A stretch of DNA of 24,490 bases. Origin: a virus (lineage: Duplodnaviria > Heunggongvirae > Uroviricota > Caudoviricetes). The stretch spans positions 64,955-89,444 of the IMG/VR virus record IMGVR_UViG_3300030434_000006. One strand, given 5' to 3'. The position numbers were made by a program, and so were the translations under genes. Below are positions 1-9,930 of the stretch, piece by piece. The stretch's first letter is position 1; each line of letters opens with the position of its first letter. The notes under the pieces were generated by a model, which had not been told where the DNA came from, made no database searches, and was given only the letters and a program-made list of their open reading frames with translations.

Positions 1-1
1 T

Positions 2-424
2 ATCTCTCTCAGAACGCGGGGAAGCGACGGGCGCGCTGCCGTGCTCACCGGCATTGAGCGTTACAACGAGCTCATGCTGCAGGACAACATTGCGCTGCCA
101 GCAGAGAACAAGGGCGCATTTGAGATCCCCGATTCCATTGTTGAAGTGGAGTACAACGCCAGCGGTGAAGAGGTTTACCGAATCAACTGGCGCGAGATCC
201 GCCCGGAGCAGGTACTGACCATCCTGTGCTGCTTCGCCGTAGGCTACAACAACGTGGCTTCAGCGGACTATATCAACGCCATGACCGCCGCGACCGCCGA
301 GCAGGAGCCGTCCCTTATGGACTCGCTTAAACGCATCATTGGCTATGAGAAAATCAAAGCCGCCGAAGCCGTGCCGGAGTCACTGACCGGCAAGCGAATC
401 AGCGATGAGGAGCGCATTCTATGA
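2..424 (+). CDS. 5'-truncated conserved phage protein at the position of P1 pmgL/pmgM (putative morphogenesis)
   Basis: The frame is open from position 2 (ISLRTRGSDGRAAVLTGIERY...), so the GTG at 41 is probably internal. The stop overlaps the next ATG (ATGA, 421-424). Product inferred from position only. Confidence 0.55.
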   Translation: MSLRTRGSDGRAAVLTGIERYNELMLQDNIALPAENKGAFEIPDSIVEVEYNASGEEVYRINWREIRPEQVLTILCCFAVGYNNVASADYINAMTAATAEQEPSLMDSLKRIIGYEKIKAAEAVPESLTGKRISDEERIL

Positions 425-753
425 GTTACAACCGCCTCGACGATCGCTCGATCAGTGACGTGGTGCTGCGCAGCCTCTTTCACCAGGAGGTGATCAAGCG
501 ATCTGCGTCATTTCACGAAGACAACCGCGACTACACCATCCGTCTCGATGAGATATTCCGCGCTGACCTGGCGGCATACCGGGCTTATGAAGGTAACGAC
601 GATCTGCGCTGGGTATTCCGCCTGCTGTGCGGGATAGAGTCGGAAATGGAACCGCTGCCCGCAGGCCAGACGCTTTCCCTGCCGGACATGGCATGGCTGC
701 GCGGGCGCATACGCGACTTTGCTGGCGGTAAGCCGGAGTTGATCAGTGGCTGA
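421..753 (+). CDS. Baseplate wedge protein, LysM-like (P1 gp26 / T4 gp53 / P2 gpX-like)
   Basis: 110 aa with the pattern R-x-DLAAYRAY-x5-LRW...L-x-x-G-x-x-L-x-LP typical of gp53/gpX LysM-like baseplate proteins; position fits P1 gene 26. Confidence 0.75.
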   Translation: MSYNRLDDRSISDVVLRSLFHQEVIKRSASFHEDNRDYTIRLDEIFRADLAAYRAYEGNDDLRWVFRLLCGIESEMEPLPAGQTLSLPDMAWLRGRIRDFAGGKPELISG

Positions 754-1963
754 TACTCCGTTTGCCCGCACCCGGTCCGGGCGCTACGACACGGCAGGGC
801 TTTCATCCAAAGAGTTCTCCCGCGTCTTTGACCAGATTGACAAAGACCGCCGCAAATCACGGCGCGTTGCGCGGCGTACGCTTAACCCGCTGACCCTGAA
901 GAACAAGGCGCTGGACGACATTATTGCCCTGGGCAAAAAGAAGTCCGGCACGTTCTTCACGAAAGAGGATCTGAAAGGGTTCGAAGCAAATCGCGCCGGC
1001 GCCCGCCAGCAGTTCAATTCATCACAGGCCGGTATCACGTATGCGCAGCTGGTGGCCGGTAGTCAGCAGATCGACATTAAGCGCGCTAATAACCGGGTAG
1101 ACGACGGATCCGGTATTAAGCGCGCCACGCCCACCACGCTTAAACACAACGTCCTGACCGTCAGCGTGGAAGCGTCCGCCGCCTCGATCGATAAGCATCA
1201 CCGCGTGAAATTCCGCTTTGAAGAGTGGGATCAGCTGATGGAGGAAATAACCGATGCCAAAGACAGCGCAGCCAAAATTGCCAAGCGACTATGCGCTGGC
1301 CGCGTCTCTTTTGATTGCGATTGCGGCCGTCACCAGTACTGGTATCGCTACATCGCCACGGCAGGCAATTTCGCCCTTGCCCCGCCAAAAGAGTACGCCT
1401 ACCCCAAAGAGAAGAACCCGAACCTGAAAGGCGTCGCCTGCAAGCACGTCATTCACGCTTTCACTCGTCTTCAATCTGCCTCATGGCAGGTGCGCATCGG
1501 CCAGGCACTGCATAAAAGCGCCGGTAACAATGCCTATGGCGACGATCCGCGCAAAACCACTGAGCACTTCACTGACGCCGATAAAGCGAAGTTCAACCGC
1601 AACCGCAGTTCGCAGACGAACGTCGCCGCCGTTAAGCGAGAGCATGAGAAGTATCAGAAGCGCATGGGCGCGCTGGCGAAGCGGCTGGACAACGACGACG
1701 GGCGGATCGACAAACTGCGCGGCCAGCTGACCCGTGCCAAAAAGCTGACCGCAGCGCAGCGCACCCGCGCCGCGAAGAAGCAGGCGGAGCTGGCGGACGA
1801 AAAAGCTAAAAACGCCCTTTTGCGTCAGCAGCTGGCGGACCAGGCGAAGATCCAGCGCCAGACGTTCATTGATGCCCTGGTGCTGAGCGGCACGCCCCGC
1901 GCCGAGGCCGAAAAAATGTTTATTGAATATGCAAAAAACCAGACAAAAGCAGGTAATCAGTAA
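746..1963 (+). CDS. P1 gp25-like tail-assembly protein with SWIM-type Zn finger and C-terminal coiled coil
   Basis: 405 aa, GTG start overlapping the previous stop. CDC...CKH motif at 1316-1447, basic helical C-terminus. Size and position fit P1 gene 25. Confidence 0.7.
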   Translation: MADTPFARTRSGRYDTAGLSSKEFSRVFDQIDKDRRKSRRVARRTLNPLTLKNKALDDIIALGKKKSGTFFTKEDLKGFEANRAGARQQFNSSQAGITYAQLVAGSQQIDIKRANNRVDDGSGIKRATPTTLKHNVLTVSVEASAASIDKHHRVKFRFEEWDQLMEEITDAKDSAAKIAKRLCAGRVSFDCDCGRHQYWYRYIATAGNFALAPPKEYAYPKEKNPNLKGVACKHVIHAFTRLQSASWQVRIGQALHKSAGNNAYGDDPRKTTEHFTDADKAKFNRNRSSQTNVAAVKREHEKYQKRMGALAKRLDNDDGRIDKLRGQLTRAKKLTAAQRTRAAKKQAELADEKAKNALLRQQLADQAKIQRQTFIDALVLSGTPRAEAEKMFIEYAKNQTKAGNQ

Positions 1964-2748
1964 TGGGACGGTACGACGAATTTCTGGCCGACAATCCACC
2001 GACGATTAACGAGGCCACCAGCAGTGAAACTGAGCAACCCACTACCGCCGTCGATACGCCGGATAGCAGCAGCGCTGTTATCGATCTCGACGCCGCCGCG
2101 CCGACCGCCGCCACGTCCCCCGATGGTGATACCTCTGGCGGTACTGATGACGCTGACAGCGGCAGCAGTGAGGATCATGACCCGCTGAGCGCCCCGCTTC
2201 CGGACACCCTTGCCGCACGCGAACAGAGCACGGTGCTGAAGCCACGCTACAAAGGCCATGCCCCATTTAACAACATGGTCCGCCGTGACTGGATTAAAGC
2301 GATTGAGAGCGACTACAGCGCGTTTCAGGCGCTGCTATACCTGCCGGACATGCGCGACGTCGGGGAAGTGGACGACGAAACCGGCTTTGAACAGCCGTCG
2401 TTTACCGAGCTTAACAACAACCAGCGGAACCTGAGTTATGAAGACACCGATCCGGTCATTGTCACGGTGTTGGATTGCCCGGACGAGCGCGAGAGTTTCC
2501 AGGTGCTCGATGCCGACGGCGAACAGGACGGGTTAACCGACGACGTGCTGATCCTGCGCATCGCCGCCGAAGGCGTGCCGGTTGGCTCAATTCTTGAGTG
2601 GAACGAAGAGATGGCCAGCGGCACCCTGGCGCGCCGGTGGTGGTACGTTCACCGGATTTATGGCTTTGGCACACAGAATGTCGGATCGCTTTACTACTGC
2701 ATCCCTGCCCGCAATTTTGACACCACCAGCAACGGACGTATCGAATGA
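1963..2748 (+). CDS. P1 gp7-like neck/head-tail connector protein
   Basis: 261 aa with an acidic low-complexity N-terminus (about 75 aa) and a beta-rich C-terminal domain (RRWWYV...YYCIP). Lies between the gp25-like and gp24-like genes. Confidence 0.65.
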   Translation: MGRYDEFLADNPPTINEATSSETEQPTTAVDTPDSSSAVIDLDAAAPTAATSPDGDTSGGTDDADSGSSEDHDPLSAPLPDTLAAREQSTVLKPRYKGHAPFNNMVRRDWIKAIESDYSAFQALLYLPDMRDVGEVDDETGFEQPSFTELNNNQRNLSYEDTDPVIVTVLDCPDERESFQVLDADGEQDGLTDDVLILRIAAEGVPVGSILEWNEEMASGTLARRWWYVHRIYGFGTQNVGSLYYCIPARNFDTTSNGRIE

Positions 2749-3515
2749 ATCAGCTGCTTTCCCGCACCCGTGAATGGGTGACTACACGTACCGGCAAAGT
2801 GGAGAGTACCGGCTTCACCGCCGCTGATGCCGCTGTAGCGAAGGCGCTGAATGACGTGTTCAGCAGCGCCGTAATGACCGCCCCGCGCCAGCATGAGCAG
2901 CGCTATAGCGCCTTCCTGGCGCGGAAGCCGGAAGATCGTGTATTCGTCGGCAAGTTTGACGACGTCATGGATTTTCTGCGCGCCGTGCGCCAGGCGGGCG
3001 CCGGACGCCGCAGCGTGAAGGCGTCGGACATGCCAGACCTGAACCGTGACGCCCTGCCGCTGATCAACCTGTCTCGCGGGTTTGATATCACCTATGACAA
3101 CAACGACCACGAGATTGATCGCAACCTGGGTGCCGTTACCGACGAGACACCGGGCAAGATGCCGCTGGCCGAGATTGAGGCTACGCAGGCCTCGCTCAAT
3201 TACGCCATCACGCTAATTGCCAGTGACAAAGATACGCTGTCGCTGATGTGCAACACGCTGGCCGCTAACTTCCGCTCCCGGCTCACCACTAACTTCACGG
3301 CGCAGGAAAAGCTGGTCAACTGGCCCGTTGAGATCAACTGCAGCATTCAGGACGCCAAAACCATCATGTTCAGCGATATGTCGCCGCCATTCACCCAGGA
3401 TCGGATTTACGCCTGCCAGGCGTCGCTGATTGTCATGGTGGATGTCCTGACCGCGCATGAAGTTGATGCCCGGAGCGTCCGCTATGACACCCAGCTGGCA
3501 CCGGGAGGCAACTGA
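2745..3515 (+). CDS. P1 gp24-like tail terminator/tail-stability protein
   Basis: 256 aa, ATGA-coupled to the upstream gene. PLINLSRGFDITYD pattern as in tail terminator proteins; position fits P1 gene 24. Confidence 0.65.
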   Translation: MNQLLSRTREWVTTRTGKVESTGFTAADAAVAKALNDVFSSAVMTAPRQHEQRYSAFLARKPEDRVFVGKFDDVMDFLRAVRQAGAGRRSVKASDMPDLNRDALPLINLSRGFDITYDNNDHEIDRNLGAVTDETPGKMPLAEIEATQASLNYAITLIASDKDTLSLMCNTLAANFRSRLTTNFTAQEKLVNWPVEINCSIQDAKTIMFSDMSPPFTQDRIYACQASLIVMVDVLTAHEVDARSVRYDTQLAPGGN

Positions 3516-4504
3516 TGGCTGATCAGCAGAATAAGCCCATGCAGTACTTCCTGCAGTCGGTCCTACTTAACGGCGCGGAAATGCCGCGCAGCTGGATAAC
3601 GTCCGTGATTTACATCGAGAAGACGTCGCTGACTGCGCCGCTGCTGGTGCTGGAGACGCACGACCCAGCCGGAAAGTTGGTGGACGAAATGGGCGCCCGG
3701 TATGGCGCTGAGCTGGTGGCAGAGCTGGGCGACCCGACCGGGCAGCGCGGCGCGTATACAGAGACGTTTTTCGTGACGTCCGCGCCCGCCAGCGGTGACG
3801 TGGTGCGGATCATCGCCGTGTCAGCGGATCTGAAGCGTCTTAAAACCCCATCTGCCCGTGTGCGGCTATATGCCGACCGCCAGCCGGGTGACGTCATGGC
3901 CGAGTTCGCGGGCAAAATGACGATTGAGGCTGACGCCTTCCGTAAAGCTATGACCTATCACCTGAATATGGGCGAGAAACCGTCCGGCGTGCTGCGCCAG
4001 ATAGCGGAAGATCACGGCGCGCTGGTGTGGTGCGCCCGCGGGAAGTTCTGCATGAAGGACATGGCAAAACTGATTGGCACAAAGGCGGCATTTGTCTATG
4101 AGGCCAACAATCCGCAGGCCGAATACACGATCAGCAAGCTGAGCAACATCAACCAGGATGCCGCCGCCACCAGCAGCCGGGACTATCAGTATGTCGGCTA
4201 CTCCATGACACAGGGCTACGTGGCCGTGGGCGATAAGACGAAGCCGGTCAAATACATTTCTGACGCCGACGTAGCGACGCTGACCAACATGGCACGGGTG
4301 ATCGTTCCCAAGCTGGATATCGAGGTCAGTGGCAATGCTGACATTACCGCAGGCATGGTTATAGGCGTCCAGATCCATCGCTATGACGCTGAAAACCAAG
4401 TAGACGAAACGTTACCGAAAAACTTTATCGCCATTGCGGTCATTCACCATGAGGATCGCATTGGCTACACCACGCGCATTATTTTAGGAGTACCCAATCA
4501 GTGA
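3515..4504 (+). CDS. Baseplate hub protein (P1 gp6 / P2 gpD / T4 gp27-like)
   Basis: 329 aa directly upstream of the spike gene, with a hub-like layout ending GN-x-x-I-x-AG...Y-x-T-x-I-x-L. Confidence 0.75.
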   Translation: MADQQNKPMQYFLQSVLLNGAEMPRSWITSVIYIEKTSLTAPLLVLETHDPAGKLVDEMGARYGAELVAELGDPTGQRGAYTETFFVTSAPASGDVVRIIAVSADLKRLKTPSARVRLYADRQPGDVMAEFAGKMTIEADAFRKAMTYHLNMGEKPSGVLRQIAEDHGALVWCARGKFCMKDMAKLIGTKAAFVYEANNPQAEYTISKLSNINQDAAATSSRDYQYVGYSMTQGYVAVGDKTKPVKYISDADVATLTNMARVIVPKLDIEVSGNADITAGMVIGVQIHRYDAENQVDETLPKNFIAIAVIHHEDRIGYTTRIILGVPNQ

Positions 4505-5109
4505 GTAAGCAGCGCGCCATTATCACGGCCACAAAAGACCCGCTGGGACACATGCGGGCGCAAATCCGCCTTACTCCGCAGTGGGCTGATGTGGACGCGG
4601 ATACCCTGCCGTGGGCTGAATATCAGCTTCCGATCGGCAACACGTTTGTACCCTGCATCGTGGGCGATCAGGTATGGGTGGAGTTTCCTTACAAAGACGG
4701 CAACGGTAAGCCTGATACGCGGCGCCCGCTGATTACCGGCGCGGCGCAGTCGGCACCGGGCGGCGTGCCAAGCGTCGCGCCCGAAGCCTCCGGGCAGGGT
4801 GGCGGGTATGAGCCACCAGCTGTGGACGGTGCGCCTGCGCGCCCTTCCCTGAGTCCGACCACGGATTTTGTGTCGCACCGCAACAACCTGCTGGAGATCC
4901 GGTCTGCTGGTGGCGGGTATGAAATTGCCAATACAGCCAGCGGTTCGCGTGTCGGGATGAATGAAGGCGGGGATATTTACCTGCTGGGGCCGGGGAACCT
5001 GGTGATTAACGTCGGCGGCAACCTGACTATTAAGGCTGGCGGGAAAATCGTGTTCCAGTCTGACGGACCATTCAGCGCAACCGCGCCTCAATTCGAGTTC
5101 AGTCAGTAA
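4501..5109 (+). CDS. Baseplate spike protein (P1 gp5 / P2 gpV-like)
   Basis: N-terminal OB-fold signature (D-PLG-x-MRAQIR...WAE...P-x-VGDQVWVEF...RRPLITG) and a C-terminal beta-helix repeat (GNLVINVGGNLTIKAGGKIVF). No lysozyme domain. Confidence 0.85.
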   Translation: MSKQRAIITATKDPLGHMRAQIRLTPQWADVDADTLPWAEYQLPIGNTFVPCIVGDQVWVEFPYKDGNGKPDTRRPLITGAAQSAPGGVPSVAPEASGQGGGYEPPAVDGAPARPSLSPTTDFVSHRNNLLEIRSAGGGYEIANTASGSRVGMNEGGDIYLLGPGNLVINVGGNLTIKAGGKIVFQSDGPFSATAPQFEFSQ

Positions 5110-5112
5110 GGG

Positions 5113-5142
5113 TTATCTTAAATCTAAAATATTATTTAGAAT
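5113..5142 (+). promoter_or_regulatory. Candidate sigma70 promoter for the rdgC-MTase operon with an operator-like palindrome
   Basis: TTATCT (5113-5118), 18 bp, TAGAAT (5137-5142), in an AT-rich gap. The imperfect palindrome TCTAAA-ATATTA-TTTAGA (5123-5140) lies in the spacer. Confidence 0.4.
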
Positions 5143-5173
5143 GTGTTAACGCTATAAGTTGAGACATTCCTTA

Positions 5174-6082
5174 ATGAAATCACCCTTCTTTAAAAACGTC
5201 ATGGCCTACAGCCTGAACCGAGATATTCCGCTCGATGCGGATCAGCTGGAGCAGCAGCTGCATGCGATGACGTTTTCCCCCTGTGCTGCGCAGGACATGG
5301 CTAAATCAGGCTGGATCAATGTCACGTCAGACGGCCCTCTGCTGGCCGAGAACGGTCAGTACCTGCTGTGCTGCCAGCATGAAACCAAGATTATGCCAGT
5401 GGCAACGCTCAACGATTACGTTGCCGAAAAAGTGGAGAAAATAGAGCGTGAGCAGGCGCGCAAGGTGCGCCGCAGTGAAAGAGTCAGCCTGAGAGACGAG
5501 GCGCTGTGTGTGCTTCTGCCGCGTGCTTTCTCACGTCGCTCTGAGTCCTACATCTGGATTGATAGCGTGAACAGCCGTATCTACGTTGACGCGGCCAGCG
5601 CGAAAGCCGCTGAAGACATGCTGGCGCTGCTGCGCAAAACTATCGGCTCCCTGCCGGTTATTCCAATGATGACCGCTGATCCCATTGAACTGACGCTAAC
5701 TGAATGGCTGCGCGCCGCAGAACTGCCTGCCGGTTTTGCGCTGGGCGACGAGGCTGAGCTGGCGGCAATACTGGAGGACGGCGGCAAGATCCGCTGCAAA
5801 AAACAGGACTTACTGAGCGACGAGGTGCGTACGCACATCGAGGCCGGGAAACTGATCACGCAGCTTAGCCTGGACTGGCAGGAGCGCATTTTCTGCCGCG
5901 TATCAGATGACCTGAGCATTAAGGGCATTAAGTACGCTGACATGCTCACCCAGCAGAATGATGATATCGACCGCGAGGATCAGCGCGCACGCATGCTGGC
6001 TGATTTCATGCTCTTTGCGTCTGAGTTTTCCAGCTTCTTCTCCGGGCTGGTGGAAGCACTGGGCGGCGAGGCGAAGCGATGA
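5174..6082 (+). CDS. rdgC: Recombination-associated protein RdgC (P1 HrdC-like)
   Basis: [11 protein letters not shown]-terminus, [28 protein letters not shown] and the DFMLFASEF...LVEALGGE C-terminus are RdgC hallmarks. ATG at 5174 preferred over TTG at 5159. Confidence 0.93.
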   Translation: MKSPFFKNVMAYSLNRDIPLDADQLEQQLHAMTFSPCAAQDMAKSGWINVTSDGPLLAENGQYLLCCQHETKIMPVATLNDYVAEKVEKIEREQARKVRRSERVSLRDEALCVLLPRAFSRRSESYIWIDSVNSRIYVDAASAKAAEDMLALLRKTIGSLPVIPMMTADPIELTLTEWLRAAELPAGFALGDEAELAAILEDGGKIRCKKQDLLSDEVRTHIEAGKLITQLSLDWQERIFCRVSDDLSIKGIKYADMLTQQNDDIDREDQRARMLADFMLFASEFSSFFSGLVEALGGEAKR

Positions 6083-7350
6083 TCTATCCGGCTGTTTCAC
6101 TTCACAACGCAAAGTGCCTCGATATCCTGCGCACCCTGCCTGATAACTCTGTAGACAGTATTGTTACCGATCCGCCTTATGGCATGAACAGCAAAGAGCC
6201 TGACATGGCTGAGGTGCTGGGCCACTGGTTAGCCGGTGATGATTATCAGCATTCTGGCGGCGGCTTCATGGGTAAGTCATGGGACGGTTTTGTGCCAGGT
6301 CCGTCCGTGTGGAAAGAGTGCCTGCGCGTGCTCAAACCAGGCGGACACCTGCTGGCCTTTTTCAGCCCCCGTACACAGGATTTAGGCACGCTGGCCATAC
6401 GTCTCGCCGGTTTTGAAATCCGCGACTCCATTGCCTGGATGTACGGCAGCGGCTTCCCGAAAAATATGGATATTGGCAAAGCCATTTACCGGCAGGTTAC
6501 TGACTACAGCCACTATGCGATTAAGCGCTGGAAAGGCTGGGGAACGGCCCTAAAGCCAGCCCATGAGCCAATTTCCGTTGCGCGCAAACCCTTCCGTGGA
6601 TCGCTGATAGCGAACCTGCTGGAAAACGGCACTGGTGCAGTCAACGTAGAGGTATGCCGGGTTCCTTTTTCCGGTGCTGCTGATGAGAGCGAGTCGAAGA
6701 CCAAAAACCAGCATGCGGATCGCGGTAATGGGGCGTGTTCTGGCAACGTCTATCACGATTTATCAGGACACTCGCGCGATAACTACAATCCACCAGGCCG
6801 GTGGCCAGCGAATCTGATCCATGATGGCAGCGATCCGATTCTGGCGCTATTTCCAGAGTCCAGCCAGACAGGCAAGCGAAGCGCCAACAGTAAAGCGGCG
6901 AGTGTTGACGGCACCAGCTGGGGAACGGACAACCATCAGAGTACCGAATACACCGACAGCGGCAGTACGGCGCGCTTTTTCTACTGCGCTAAAGCGAGCT
7001 CTAAAGAGCGCCATGAAGGCGTTAAGCACCCCGGCCCGCAATTCAGCCACGACAGTACACCCCGCCAGCACGAAAACGGCGGAGACCGTATGCAGGGCAA
7101 CTATCACCCGACAGTAAAACCCGTCGCGCTGATGGAGTATCTGTGTCGCTTAGTTACGCCTGCTGGTGGCGTGATACTCGATCCATTCATGGGTAGCGGC
7201 ACGACTGGCAAAGCCGCTGTGCGTAATGGGTTCCGCTTTGTCGGCATTGAAATGGATGATGGCTACTTTGACATAGCCGTGAGCCGTATCAGCTTTGAGA
7301 AGCCACCAGCAGCGCCTGTGCATGATGCCACTGAAGAGGTGATCGCATGA
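6079..7350 (+). CDS. Orphan beta-class N6A/N4C DNA methyltransferase
   Basis: Catalytic VTDPPY near the N-terminus, HPTVKP, and SAM-binding [11 protein letters not shown] near the C-terminus (beta order). No cognate nuclease nearby. Confidence 0.92.
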   Translation: MIYPAVSLHNAKCLDILRTLPDNSVDSIVTDPPYGMNSKEPDMAEVLGHWLAGDDYQHSGGGFMGKSWDGFVPGPSVWKECLRVLKPGGHLLAFFSPRTQDLGTLAIRLAGFEIRDSIAWMYGSGFPKNMDIGKAIYRQVTDYSHYAIKRWKGWGTALKPAHEPISVARKPFRGSLIANLLENGTGAVNVEVCRVPFSGAADESESKTKNQHADRGNGACSGNVYHDLSGHSRDNYNPPGRWPANLIHDGSDPILALFPESSQTGKRSANSKAASVDGTSWGTDNHQSTEYTDSGSTARFFYCAKASSKERHEGVKHPGPQFSHDSTPRQHENGGDRMQGNYHPTVKPVALMEYLCRLVTPAGGVILDPFMGSGTTGKAAVRNGFRFVGIEMDDGYFDIAVSRISFEKPPAAPVHDATEEVIA

Positions 7351-9896
7351 TCACCTACGGCTCTGTTTGTTCGGGCATTGAAGCCGCCAGCGTGGCGTGG
7401 GACGGGCTGGGATGGAAAGCGGCATGGTTCGCGGAGATTGAAAAGTTTCCCGCGGCCGTGCTGGCGCACCACTATCCCCACGTCCCTAACCTGGGCGACA
7501 TGACCAAAATAGCCGCTGGCGTACGCGCTGGCTCTATTCCTGCTCCAGCTGTGATGGTTGGCGGCACCCCGTGCCAGGCGTTCTCTATCGCCGGACTCCG
7601 TAAAAGCCTCGACGACCCACGCGGTCAACTCACCCTTGCCTATGTAGATTTAGCGAATGCCATTGACGAAAAAAGAGCTTCAAACGGCGAACCACCAGCC
7701 GTCCACCTGTGGGAAAACGTGCCGGGAAGCCTCAGCACCGATGACAACGCCTTTGGATACTTCCTTGCCGGAATGGCTGGAGAAGATGAAGCGTTTGAAC
7801 CAGGCCCACGACCTGAACCAGGCAAAAACGGCCCCGGCTGGCGATGGAAAAAAAGCGACGGTAAGCATGTGGCGAAGTGGCCAAAGTCTGGTTGTGTTAT
7901 TGGACGACAGCGCAAACTCGCCTGGCGACTGCTCGATGCCCAATACTTCGGAGTGGCCCAACGCCGCCGCCGTGTGTTCGTTGTCTCAAGTGCTCGAAAC
8001 GACGTCGATCCCGCAGAAATACTTCTTGAGTTCGACGGCATGCGCCGGGATTCTCCGCCGCGCAGAGAAACGGGGCAGGCAGTTGCCCCCCTTACTGCTA
8101 ACGGCTCTGGAGTCGGTGGCCCTGACTTCTCACATGCCGCAGCCGGTCACTTAATTTCTGCGTTTGACGCGCATGCAAAATCAGACAGCGGGCAAATTGT
8201 CGGAGCTATTGCGGCACATTCATTTACTGGTGGCGCTGGCGGCAGGCCTGAAGGCGCAGCAGCTGGTCACTTTATTCCCGTAGCGTTTGGCGGCGGGAAT
8301 TGCTCCGGGGCGTTGGATGTAGCCGCGTGCCTGACGGCAAAAGGCCAGCGCAATGATTTTGACGTCGAGACATTTGCTGTGCAAAGCGCCACGGGCGAGG
8401 TTAGCCACACATTGACCGCCGAAGGACACGACGCCTCCGAGGATGGCACCGGGCGTGGTACGCCGACCGTTGCTTACGGCTTCCAGACTCGCATAGCGCG
8501 TAACGGCCGCGGCGACATGGCTGATGTTTGCCACACACTTAGCGCTGAATCCGGGGAAACGGGCAAAGGTGACGCAGCGCCATGCGTTGCCCGATGTGTT
8601 GAGCATGCCGCTTTTGCCGAAAATACCCGTGGCGAAGTCCGGTTGTTCAACGGTGACGGCCAGATCACCGGCGCGCTATCAGCTGGTGGCGGTAAACCAG
8701 GCCAGGGCTTCCCGTCTGTAGTCAGTCACTGTGAAGTCCGGCGTCTGACGCCAAAAGAGTGTGAGCGTCTGCAGGGCTTCCCCGATGGCTGGACACTCAT
8801 TCCGGAAAAGAAGCGCAATACACTTGCCGCAGATGAACTGGCATACCTTCGCCTGATGTACCCCGACATGCCAGAAGATGAAGCGCACCGACTGGCGGCT
8901 GATGGTCCGCGTTATAAAGCGATCGGCAACTCTATGCCAGTGCCGGTTATGCGCTGGATTGGCAACCGCATAGCTAATCAAATCATGGTTGTGCCTGGCG
9001 AAATTGAGACGCAGCCAGCAACCCTCCCCGCTCCACCAGCGGCAAAGAAAAAGCGTGCGCCGGCGCGAAAGGTTTTGGACGACAAATACCCCCGTTCATT
9101 CCTAAAGTGGGCTGGCGGTAAATACTCGGTTCTGGATGAAGTGCTGCCAATGCTGCCCGCAGGAAAGCGCCTGATAGAGCCATTCGTCGGTAGTGGTACG
9201 GTGTTCATCAACGCGGGCTTTAAGCGCAACCTGCTGGGTGATGTTAATCCGGATCTGATTAACCTCTTCAACCAGCTGCAGGGCAATCCTGATGCCGTAA
9301 TTAAGGCGGCTTACCAGCTGGAGAAAGGCTGTCTGTCTAATGAGGCTTATCTCGCTATTCGTGATGAGTTCAACGGGCGCGAGGCTCACGCTGTACGCCA
9401 CGCAGCGCTTTTCCTGGCGCTGATGCGAACCAGCTTTAACGGGCTATGCCGGTATAACCAGAAAGGCCTGTTTAATGTGGGCTGGAATAAGAAGGGTGAG
9501 GCGAATTACTTCCCGATGGATGAACTGACGCACTTCACCGGCATGCAGAAAGAAATGACGTTCATGTGTGCCGGGTTTGAGGATGTGATCGCGCAGGCGG
9601 GTCAAGGAGACGTGATTTTCTGTGACCCCCCGTATGAGCCTCTGCCGGACGAAGCCGGGTTTACAGCATACAGTGGCACCTCATTCACCTTTGCGGATCA
9701 GGTGCGGCTGGTGGAGTGTCTGGTGGCGGCGCGGAACCGTGGCGCAAAGGTGGTAATCACAAACAGCAGCGCTCCTGCCATTCTGTACCTGTATATCAGC
9801 AATGGCTTCAGAATCACCCCGCTGGCCACACGCCGATCCGTATCCTGCAAAAGTGAAACGCGCAAAACGGTCAACGACATAATTGCCGCTCTCTGA
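7347..9896 (+). CDS. dmt: Bifunctional DNA methyltransferase: C5-cytosine domain fused to a Dam-like adenine domain (P1 Dmt-like)
   Basis: C5 motifs SVCSGI (I), GGTPCQAFS (IV), ENVPG (VI), QRRRRVF (VIII), [14 protein letters not shown] (IX) and YKAIGNS (X). A Pro/Ala/Lys linker is followed by Dam motifs [15 protein letters not shown] and DPPY. Confidence 0.93.
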   Translation: MITYGSVCSGIEAASVAWDGLGWKAAWFAEIEKFPAAVLAHHYPHVPNLGDMTKIAAGVRAGSIPAPAVMVGGTPCQAFSIAGLRKSLDDPRGQLTLAYVDLANAIDEKRASNGEPPAVHLWENVPGSLSTDDNAFGYFLAGMAGEDEAFEPGPRPEPGKNGPGWRWKKSDGKHVAKWPKSGCVIGRQRKLAWRLLDAQYFGVAQRRRRVFVVSSARNDVDPAEILLEFDGMRRDSPPRRETGQAVAPLTANGSGVGGPDFSHAAAGHLISAFDAHAKSDSGQIVGAIAAHSFTGGAGGRPEGAAAGHFIPVAFGGGNCSGALDVAACLTAKGQRNDFDVETFAVQSATGEVSHTLTAEGHDASEDGTGRGTPTVAYGFQTRIARNGRGDMADVCHTLSAESGETGKGDAAPCVARCVEHAAFAENTRGEVRLFNGDGQITGALSAGGGKPGQGFPSVVSHCEVRRLTPKECERLQGFPDGWTLIPEKKRNTLAADELAYLRLMYPDMPEDEAHRLAADGPRYKAIGNSMPVPVMRWIGNRIANQIMVVPGEIETQPATLPAPPAAKKKRAPARKVLDDKYPRSFLKWAGGKYSVLDEVLPMLPAGKRLIEPFVGSGTVFINAGFKRNLLGDVNPDLINLFNQLQGNPDAVIKAAYQLEKGCLSNEAYLAIRDEFNGREAHAVRHAALFLALMRTSFNGLCRYNQKGLFNVGWNKKGEANYFPMDELTHFTGMQKEMTFMCAGFEDVIAQAGQGDVIFCDPPYEPLPDEAGFTAYSGTSFTFADQVRLVECLVAARNRGAKVVITNSSAPAILYLYISNGFRITPLATRRSVSCKSETRKTVNDIIAAL
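7657..8154 (+). CDS. Nested +1-frame polypeptide resembling the beta subunit of EcoHK31I/EaeI-type two-chain C5 methyltransferases
   Basis: 165-codon ORF entirely inside dmt. Contains [47 protein letters not shown] (7948-8088), which matches my recollection of the beta-chain motif. Start uncertain (7657, or a downstream ATG such as 7741). Confidence 0.7.
   Translation: MPLTKKELQTANHQPSTCGKTCREASAPMTTPLDTSLPEWLEKMKRLNQAHDLNQAKTAPAGDGKKATVSMWRSGQSLVVLLDDSANSPGDCSMPNTSEWPNAAAVCSLSQVLETTSIPQKYFLSSTACAGILRRAEKRGRQLPPLLLTALESVALTSHMPQPVT
8136..8276 (+). repeat. Imperfect direct repeat in the C5-MTase variable region (AAAGH module, 120-bp period)
   Basis: GCCGCAGCCGGTCACTTAATT (8136-8156) versus GCAGCAGCTGGTCACTTTATT (8256-8276). 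Confidence 0.6.
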
Positions 9897-9904
9897 AACG
9901 AACG

Positions 9905-9930
9905 AAACCCGCTTTATGCGGGTTTTTTTT
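9905..9930 (+). terminator. Rho-independent terminator after dmt
   Basis: AAACCCGC-TTTAT-GCGGGTTT running into an 8-T tract, 9 nt after the dmt stop. Confidence 0.9.

Noticed and set aside
6821-7117. Alternative-frame ORF nested in the beta-class MTase
   Set aside because: Unlike the 7657-8154 ORF, it shows no recognisable conserved motif or RBS.
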